From a virus, in IMG/VR virus record IMGVR_UViG_3300022752_000001, positions 1 through 64,000 of that record: a stretch of DNA of 64,000 nucleotides. The stretch is one strand, 5' to 3'. Shown here piece by piece: positions 56,602 through 64,000 of the stretch (position 1 is its first letter; the number at the start of each line of letters is the position of its first letter). The position numbers were made by a program, and so were the translations under genes. Under the pieces are notes generated by a model. That model was not told where the DNA came from. It made no database searches and worked only from the letters and a program-made list of their open reading frames with translations.

Positions 56602-59600
56602 CTACAGCTTTACGCCTTGTCTGATTAGTTCGGGTGTAATTTGTTTCTTGGCGGTCTCTGACGCTTGCTGGCCAAGCTTCTGTAGATAGTTGTCCAACTG
56701 CTCCGAACTCATTCTTTTGGCCATCGCAAAGAAAGACGGGCGTCGCACAACCTGGGCAATAATCTTTCCCCTCATCTCCCTAAATTTATAGAACTGCTCA
56801 TCGTTTAGCTGGTAATTACCCACCTTGGTTCCTCGTCTTGCGTCCGGGATAAAGGCGTTCTTGGCCATGAAGAGTTTAAACAAGGGATCGGCCTCAGAGG
56901 TGTTAATAAACCTTTGAAGGAATAGCATACGCTCGGGTCCAGCCGGGGCGTTAACAACCTCACCCAGCACGTTGAGTTGAGGTGTCCCGGTCATGCTTTT
57001 AAGGATAGGCACTTTATTAAAGAGCCACTTTCCAACAAAGCTCGTCTGCTGTTGCGGGGTGGGTTCGAAGATCTGGTCGGCTTGTTTGATAACGTTGGGA
57101 ACAGCGTTGCCCACCGCACCGGAGAAGAAGTTCTGCAATGCAGAAACGTCCTGACCCTCAGACGTTCCGTCCAACATCTTAAACAAGTTGGACAACCCTT
57201 GAAGGAATGATTGGTTGAAAGGTACCTGCGCGACGGCGAGGGCGGCCGAGGTCAGCTTCTCGGTCATGTCTTTCTCGCGACCTCTTGGGTAGTTGGATTG
57301 ATCGAACCACGTTCCGACAATCGACAAAGGAATAGCTAGCGGAGTGGAAAGGTAGCTGAGCTTGATGCTGTTGCCCCCGAAAGAGAACGAGTAAGGAACA
57401 TACCCGCCTTCTCGCGCCTGTTTTCTTGCCGCCGGATCGGAAGGCCCCCCACCGGTGATAGTAAACCCATCATCCTGACCGTCATCGTCCTTATCTTTTA
57501 ACATTCCAACTAGACCAGCCAGAACCAACATCGCGCTTGTTCCAATAACTGATTGAATGGCGTACAAACTGCCCTGCTCTATCTTTTTAATCTGTTCCAT
57601 TTGTTCAACCGTCTTAGCCAACCCGCTGGTCTTTTTAGTTCCAGCTTCACCCCAAGCTTTAAAGGCCCTGTATGCGCCGATTGGAGTGTAGTTGATACTT
57701 TCGTTGGTCACGTTTGAAACGATCTTTGTGAAAGGCACAAACAACGGAACAAGGATTGGATGCTCCCTGGACAACGTGCCAATGCCTTCGGCGATGTGCC
57801 CAAGTAACCCGTAGGGTTTATTGTTGTACGTCGCATACAGCGACAGGTCTTCAGCCCTGCGCATGATCGTAGCTCTCTCCGGGTCAGCCTGGATCGCCAA
57901 GTCGCGGAGTTCATACACCCGCTTCGTGAAATCCGCCGTACCAGGAGTCAACTTTTCGCCGATAGCTTGCTTTGTGGCCTGCTCTACGAACGAATCCGTC
58001 TGATTGAGTAGTCTTGCGGTCTCTTCCTCGACCGATAGATCGGTTACTCCACCTTCCACATTCTCGATCGCTTGGATCTGAGCTTGAATAGCGGCAAATC
58101 CTTCCATCGCAGAGCGGCCGAACAATGCGTCTGAAGCAGACATAATCCTGAAAATATATTTACCCTTGGACAGTACCTTCTTCATCAAGGTATCGGTTCC
58201 CATAGACTCAAGGGCATTGATGCTTGCCTCGTCCACGTACTTTCCGTTTGTCCTGGGGTTAATGTCCCCATGAAGAAGGATGCCCTTGGCCTCAGCTAAA
58301 GCGATGGTGTGCATCGAAGCTAAGAATGTTTTATACCCGAGTGTCATGTATTTGATTGCCAGCGCCGGGTTTCCTCGGGTAGCGGCCGCGGCCATTGAGT
58401 ATGTCGCGATGTCAGCGATTGCCTTAAATGCGGTTGACACAAAGTTCATCCAGAAGGTTGCCGGACCGGACAACATGGACATGTACCAGTAAGCGGAAAC
58501 TTGAGGAAGCGCACCCGACTTTGTGGAGTTATGAAGAAGTCTAAGGGCATCATGGAACTTCCTATCTCTTTGGAAACCGTAAGGTGTCCTTGAAGCATCA
58601 ACCATCATCTTGCGAAGAGTTTCAGCCGTGTTTACATCGAACGAAGGGAACTTGCCCAGGCTTTCAATGGTTGAGAGCACGACGTCATCATTGATTGCCC
58701 CCAAGGCAGCCAGCTCAAGGATCTTTCTGGCGTCGCCTGAGATAGCATCCTCGATGGTGTTACCTGACTTGGAGATTGGAGGCTTCACCACTTCATGCAT
58801 TTCCCCGATCAGTTGCTCAATACGCTCGGCCCGAAGCTCAGCGTTATTCATGCCTTTACGGTTTACAATATTCCTGCGGAGCGTGCGGCCACGTAGACTC
58901 AAAGCCTTGCCGAGTTGGGTCTGCATGTTCTTTTGAACCATGTCAGCCAACTCAAATAGCAGGGGCTTGTTCTCATATTCCGGCAGAAGTTTGGCCAACA
59001 CGCTGACAAGGTTTTCTCCGCTGAACTCGGCGTAATGATTTCGGATGATAGTGGCTAGATCTTCCTGATTGGCCTGTGCCAATGCTGCTCCGTATAGTGT
59101 GTTGATCTGCTGGATCAGCGCCTGAACACCAGCATCATTCAGAGTAAGTCCCAATGCTTCGCCTTGAGCCTGCCTAACCTCTTCCCCGAGCGAATCCAGC
59201 TGCTCGCCTACCTTGTTCTTTAACTCGGCTCTTGTTTCCGCAAGTCGAGAGACATATTCACTCACCATCCCGGATGGTGTGCGCATCAGAAATTCTTTAA
59301 GAAGCCTATACCCAATTGAAATTGTTTGGCCCATACCCCGACCCAGACGACTTACCTGTTTTAAAAGGGTTGTTGCCTTGTGAAGCTGTCCAGTCTCCGT
59401 AAACCGACCGATAGCAATGCTGGCTAAGGTGACGATTTGAGTTTGATTAAGATTATAACTCTGATCACCGATATCCACCAACGATGTTTTGTCCGGGTCT
59501 ACGGCGGCTGAAGAAAGCCATACAGCGACTTTGTCTGCGCTCAACTCATTTAGGATGCTTTCGATGCTATCAATAGCACCCAGGTTCTTTAAGTAAGCGA

Positions 59601-62600
59601 TCTCTCCTGCTCTGGTTTTTTCTTCGTACGTGGGAACACCGCCCTCGTTTTCAAATAACTCCGCCCGCCTGGATGCGGCCGCTTCTTGTCTTTGCGCCCC
59701 GATAGGTTTTTCCCGGTTTAACGCTTCCCCAACGGAAGCCAGTCCCTCGGCCTCAATACTCGGCTCGTTAACCGTCGGGGGAGCTACGTAATCAGAGTAG
59801 TAGCGTTCATAAAGCTCGCTGACTTTGTTGTACGTCTCGTAAAGACTTCTGGCTCTCGGGTCGGATGAAGCTTTAAGGGCGCTAAAGAGATTAAAGACCG
59901 AATCAAGCACCGTCCGCAACCAACCGAGGAATGATTTTCTTTGCGCCCTGGCGAAGTTATCCATCGCCATAATTTGCTGACGGGATTGCCCACGGATTAG
60001 GCTCGATACCCGGTCCTGCACCTGAAGGCTTCTTTGAAGCTCCAAGCCTTCGGTAAATATTTTAGCTCCCCTGCTCTTGTCCAACTCCAGAAGTAGCCGC
60101 AAGAACTCAGCCACCAGGACTTCATCGCTTTGCTTGGTTTCCGGGTAAAGTTCGCCAAGAGCTTCCGTAACTGAAACCGCCTTTTGCCCAGGTAGTTTGA
60201 CCTTGAGTCCATTATCTTCTGATCGCAAGAAGTTTGCCGCTTCGCGGACGCGGCCGTTGTAGTAAGACTCCCAAGATACGCCGCCGTTGGGGAACTGAGC
60301 CCTGTATTCTTTACGGAGTTGCTCGAAGTATGAAAGATGCGCCACTTCGTGCGCAATCAGCTGGTCCATCAACTGCTCGGTCAGTTTGTCGTACGTGTTT
60401 CGAGCTACGGGGTCAAGGAAGTTAATGTCTTTCTGCTGGAAAAGTTTTTCTGCCAGAAGCTCAGGGTTAACGAAAATAGTCGAATTTACCGGGTCCATAG
60501 GATTGTCGGAACCGCGAACCGTAAACACCGGGTAGTTCTCCGTGGTGTTCGACTGAAAGTTCACGTTCTTCAACCCCTTGCGTCGGGCCGAGGACCGCAA
60601 ATACTCCATTGCCTTCTCCTGCCTCTGGTCCTGGAGATTAAGAAGGTTAGAATCAAAACTTACACCCGCATCGGCAAACCCTTCTTCTGTCGCGTACTTG
60701 GAGGCTCCTGATACATCCGCCTCAATCTTCCTTACCCTGGAGATGTTGGCCTGCTTGCGGTAAGGGTCGTTGACCTTGCGCATCTCGTTAAGGACGTAGG
60801 CAGGGTCGAAGGAGCTCCGGTTTTCAAAAGCCGGCAGGAGAACATTAAACAAAATATCGCGAACACGAGCCCTGTCGTTTTCAGGGCTGATAAGCTCATC
60901 CGGGCTTAGCGTTCCGTCAAACTTACCTACCGGGTCCAGCAGTTGCTCGAATAACTGCTCCCTTGTGGTGCCATTAAATTTGTAGATTTGGTTTAGCCGA
61001 TTAAGGATAAGTTCTGACGCATCCTTTAACGACGCCATGGGGCTGTTTGCGAGAATGTTTAAAAGGGTCTTCGGCAATGCCCCCACTCGCTTTGGGTTAG
61101 CGGCAAGGTTGATTATCCTTGTCTCTGGAGTTGATTTGTTGCCGATAGGAATTCCGGCCTGCCGAATGTCCTTCCGCAGCTGAGCCGCCCGGTTTTGTTC
61201 ATCAACAATCTCCTGCTCATATTGCCGAAGCGCCTCACGTACTTTTTCAGCATCCGCAAACTCCTGCATGTCGTTGCGTACAAGCTCCTGAAGAATCCCT
61301 TCGTATTGTTCTTTGGCGATTTGACCGAGAACAGCCGGCTCAATGAAAGAGGACGGAATGCCAGGCAGTGCCCCGAATATCGAGTTAAGGAGCTTGCCAC
61401 TGAGAAAGCCCTTACCCTTTCCAGCATCACCAATTTGCGATTCTTCTTTAAGTTTGACGGTGGGAAACAGAATATCCAACTGGGCGTTGCTTTTGCCGAA
61501 CACCAACCCCTGCTGGGCTTTTTCATCACCTTGATACACAGTAGGGACATAACCCGCAGTAAATCCAAACCCTTCGCGCATAACAATGTCATGAACCGCC
61601 CGCCTAATGAAAGGAAGTCCTTCCCTATACTCAGCCATCTGATTGATAAAGGCTTCGTACTTTTTCCTGCGTTTGTCTTTGGTTGGTAGTGTTTCATATT
61701 TGTCTAGCTCCGTGTCGTATGAGTCACCTGCTAAATCTTTTTGGGCGTCATAGTCGTTGCCGCTTTGGTCCGGCAAGAAGGCAACGTCGATAGCCTTTGA
61801 TTCTGTTTCATTTGATTCGACCTTTTCCGTTGTCCCTTCCAATGAGACGAAGGAAACCTCGTTTATTTTCATGTTAGCGGCAATACCCACTACCCGTTTT
61901 GCCAGACCGTCAACGCCACCATAGCCCTCAACTGACAAGGCAGTCACAAAACCGTAAAGCGTATTTGTAGGACGAGACTCGTTTAAGTACTCATCGCCAA
62001 ACTGTTCGCGCATGTCTTCGTACTCAGAAAGAATCTTATTGAGCACGGCGTTGAGTTTCGCGCCATCAGCAGTCTTACTCATTAAGAGGGTTTCAATAAA
62101 CACTCTGCGCATCAACTCACTATCCTTAAAAGTCTCGGTCTGATTGATATTAAGATTGTCGACCAGGTTGTTTGCCTCTTGCTCCGGGATACCGCTTTTC
62201 TTTACGCGACTCAGGAAGTGCTCTCTTGGCCGCCCCGACGTGTTCGGGAACTTCCTAGAGACACCCGCGTTCCAGCCTTTGGTCGTATCGTTGGCGTCCA
62301 CCGGGCTGTACACCACACCACTATTAAATACGTTAACCGCATCTTCAATGAGCCTCGGCAATAGACGAAGTTCATCGGCGTCGAAAGCTCCCTCGTTAAT
62401 AGCCTGCTGGAAGCGAGACTCGACATTCTCCAGGAATAGATAGTTCTGCTTCTCCCTTGTCTTTAGGCTCATTATGTTCGCGAGCCCCTTCTCTAACGAC
62501 TCACGCGTCTTTCCGAATCCGTCTAGGTAGGACTGAGCAACGGCTTGAAGCAAGAGAACTCGGTTCTTAATTTCGTCGTCCGAGAAAGTTACGTCATCCA

Positions 62601-64000
62601 ACGAAAGAGTATCCACACTGGCTGCTCTCTTTTCCCGCAACCATTCGTTAATGTTGTTGCCAAGATCGATAGCTTGTTCACGCGATAGAGCTGCAACCTC
62701 TCCAGTAGTCATTCTTCTTGCCCCATAAGGCAACTGACCAATCCACTCACCTTTAGAGTTATCGTAAACCCCGGTCAGGTAAAATCCGTCGTCGGTAGCA
62801 TCAAAGGAAACGACATTTTGAAGCGCCTGAAGCTGTTGGTTAAACTCCAGAACATCCCTTGAAACAAGAATAGGACTGCTAGAATCCTTAATCGTACTTA
62901 ATATATTCTGATACGTGCTTACCAGATCCTGAATACTAATATCCTTTGGTAGAAAGATATATTGGCCCAGCTTATCCTGCTCTGCGGCTACAGCGGTAGC
63001 GGCTTGGAGACTCTCTTCTTCGGAAGCTACTTCATCTGTCGGACGCTGTGGAAGCGGAGCTTTATCTCCCATGTACTCACCCGTGCGAGGATCTGTAATT
63101 CCTGTAACGATTGCGTAACCATCTTTGGTCGTGACAGGCATCTCTTTGCCCGTCGTTCTGGCAATATAGGAAATTCTTGGAAGAACAATCATCCGAACGT
63201 ACTTGCCTTCGGGGTCTGCTTTGCGGATCAGCTCAGCTTTTTCTGGCGAGATCAACATGCTTAACCTAGCAGACTTAACTTCCTTAGCCCCCTCGGCTGG
63301 TTCAAGAAGCCTATTATAAGCCACTCCACCCATTCCTCTGTCTACCTCGCCCGCGCCCTTCTGTGTTTCTATTTCCGGGATAGATTCGTCGGCAAGCCCT
63401 TCCTCAAACCTTCGCTCACCTTCACTCAACTGCTTATTTACGGACGGGATAGTTTCTCCAGTGGGGCTAAAAGCCGGAACGGTATCCCCAACTACGCCGA
63501 CCCCACCCCCAGCAATTTCTTCCTTAGTGCCTAGTTCGATCTCTTTATTAAATTCGTTTTCTTGGGTCGCAAAGAACGGCTGAAGGAGCCTGTAAAATAC
63601 GCTTGTAAAGTCCTTTGATAATCCAGCTACAGGAGCTTCGGATGTTACAATTCCGAAGGCTGTTTTCATCTCGGTGACCATGATGCTGTCGCCGTGCCTG
63701 ACGACGCCGGTGAAGATGCCAGGGTACGCTCGCACAAACTGAATAGTGTCCTGATCTGCAATAACTACGGGTTCGCCACGGGCCAGTTTTTCTGACACAT
63801 CCAACGCAAACCTACCTCTCCAGTCGGTGCTTGGGATTTCACCAAGCAAACCCTTAGCCTGGGCCCAGCTCATATCTCGGAGTTCTTCCGGGGTCAGTGC
63901 TTTTTGAGCCGACATCTCACGAGTATCGAAAGCTTTAAGAGAGGTGGTCGGGTGTAAAACATCCGTATCCGGCACGATATTTACTCCGCCTGCATTGGGT
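56602..64000 (-). CDS. giant internal virion/polyvalent protein (5' truncated)
   Basis: >2457 aa and open at the window edge; HExxH (AHEVAH); C-terminal PF.K...N and G.GP motifs of ejection-type proteins. Confidence 0.65.
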   Translation of the reverse strand, partial: PNAGGVNIVPDTDVLHPTTSLKAFDTREMSAQKALTPEELRDMSWAQAKGLLGEIPSTDWRGRFALDVSEKLARGEPVVIADQDTIQFVRAYPGIFTGVVRHGDSIMVTEMKTAFGIVTSEAPVAGLSKDFTSVFYRLLQPFFATQENEFNKEIELGTKEEIAGGGVGVVGDTVPAFSPTGETIPSVNKQLSEGERRFEEGLADESIPEIETQKGAGEVDRGMGGVAYNRLLEPAEGAKEVKSARLSMLISPEKAELIRKADPEGKYVRMIVLPRISYIARTTGKEMPVTTKDGYAIVTGITDPRTGEYMGDKAPLPQRPTDEVASEEESLQAATAVAAEQDKLGQYIFLPKDISIQDLVSTYQNILSTIKDSSSPILVSRDVLEFNQQLQALQNVVSFDATDDGFYLTGVYDNSKGEWIGQLPYGARRMTTGEVAALSREQAIDLGNNINEWLREKRAASVDTLSLDDVTFSDDEIKNRVLLLQAVAQSYLDGFGKTRESLEKGLANIMSLKTREKQNYLFLENVESRFQQAINEGAFDADELRLLPRLIEDAVNVFNSGVVYSPVDANDTTKGWNAGVSRKFPNTSGRPREHFLSRVKKSGIPEQEANNLVDNLNINQTETFKDSELMRRVFIETLLMSKTADGAKLNAVLNKILSEYEDMREQFGDEYLNESRPTNTLYGFVTALSVEGYGGVDGLAKRVVGIAANMKINEVSFVSLEGTTEKVESNETESKAIDVAFLPDQSGNDYDAQKDLAGDSYDTELDKYETLPTKDKRRKKYEAFINQMAEYREGLPFIRRAVHDIVMREGFGFTAGYVPTVYQGDEKAQQGLVFGKSNAQLDILFPTVKLKEESQIGDAGKGKGFLSGKLLNSIFGALPGIPSSFIEPAVLGQIAKEQYEGILQELVRNDMQEFADAEKVREALRQYEQEIVDEQNRAAQLRKDIRQAGIPIGNKSTPETRIINLAANPKRVGALPKTLLNILANSPMASLKDASELILNRLNQIYKFNGTTREQLFEQLLDPVGKFDGTLSPDELISPENDRARVRDILFNVLLPAFENRSSFDPAYVLNEMRKVNDPYRKQANISRVRKIEADVSGASKYATEEGFADAGVSFDSNLLNLQDQRQEKAMEYLRSSARRKGLKNVNFQSNTTENYPVFTVRGSDNPMDPVNSTIFVNPELLAEKLFQQKDINFLDPVARNTYDKLTEQLMDQLIAHEVAHLSYFEQLRKEYRAQFPNGGVSWESYYNGRVREAANFLRSEDNGLKVKLPGQKAVSVTEALGELYPETKQSDEVLVAEFLRLLLELDKSRGAKIFTEGLELQRSLQVQDRVSSLIRGQSRQQIMAMDNFARAQRKSFLGWLRTVLDSVFNLFSALKASSDPRARSLYETYNKVSELYERYYSDYVAPPTVNEPSIEAEGLASVGEALNREKPIGAQRQEAAASRRAELFENEGGVPTYEEKTRAGEIAYLKNLGAIDSIESILNELSADKVAVWLSSAAVDPDKTSLVDIGDQSYNLNQTQIVTLASIAIGRFTETGQLHKATTLLKQVSRLGRGMGQTISIGYRLLKEFLMRTPSGMVSEYVSRLAETRAELKNKVGEQLDSLGEEVRQAQGEALGLTLNDAGVQALIQQINTLYGAALAQANQEDLATIIRNHYAEFSGENLVSVLAKLLPEYENKPLLFELADMVQKNMQTQLGKALSLRGRTLRRNIVNRKGMNNAELRAERIEQLIGEMHEVVKPPISKSGNTIEDAISGDARKILELAALGAINDDVVLSTIESLGKFPSFDVNTAETLRKMMVDASRTPYGFQRDRKFHDALRLLHNSTKSGALPQVSAYWYMSMLSGPATFWMNFVSTAFKAIADIATYSMAAAATRGNPALAIKYMTLGYKTFLASMHTIALAEAKGILLHGDINPRTNGKYVDEASINALESMGTDTLMKKVLSKGKYIFRIMSASDALFGRSAMEGFAAIQAQIQAIENVEGGVTDLSVEEETARLLNQTDSFVEQATKQAIGEKLTPGTADFTKRVYELRDLAIQADPERATIMRRAEDLSLYATYNNKPYGLLGHIAEGIGTLSREHPILVPLFVPFTKIVSNVTNESINYTPIGAYRAFKAWGEAGTKKTSGLAKTVEQMEQIKKIEQGSLYAIQSVIGTSAMLVLAGLVGMLKDKDDDGQDDGFTITGGGPSDPAARKQAREGGYVPYSFSFGGNSIKLSYLSTPLAIPLSIVGTWFDQSNYPRGREKDMTEKLTSAALAVAQVPFNQSFLQGLSNLFKMLDGTSEGQDVSALQNFFSGAVGNAVPNVIKQADQIFEPTPQQQTSFVGKWLFNKVPILKSMTGTPQLNVLGEVVNAPAGPERMLFLQRFINTSEADPLFKLFMAKNAFIPDARRGTKVGNYQLNDEQFYKFREMRGKIIAQVVRRPSFFAMAKRMSSEQLDNYLQKLGQQASETAKKQITPELIRQGVKL

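Overview
Most of the genome of a temperate, podovirus-like tailed phage in its excised form (attP intact), apparently circularly permuted. The minus-strand virion module runs terL-portal-scaffold-capsid-lysis-tail-fibres (24577 down to 1) and resumes at the right edge with a giant ejection/polyvalent protein truncated by the window (64000 down to 54013). The plus strand carries attP (3' half of tRNA-Thr(TGT)), a tyrosine integrase, an RHH protein, xis, resolvase, helicase, Cas4-like nuclease, PolA, primase-helicase and accessory genes. An iteron-rich origin, a G-tract next to a likely terS, and an early region (DUF932, rIIA/rIIB, Gp88, two HhH glycosylase-like genes) follow. Most notable: (1) an ORF-less ~260-nt group I intron/ribozyme with a complete catalytic core between a virion gene and the major capsid promoter, whose predicted 3' end supplies the -35 box; (2) a 22-bp palindrome TAYTGWC-N8-GWCARTA at about 15 sites, often doubling as a -35 element; (3) an RHH ORF without a standard start, overlapping the integrase stop in prfB-like geometry; (4) two small paralogues ending in the scaffold's C-terminal motif; (5) a perfect H-type pseudoknot at an early RBS. 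All calls come from motif reading only; no database searches were run.
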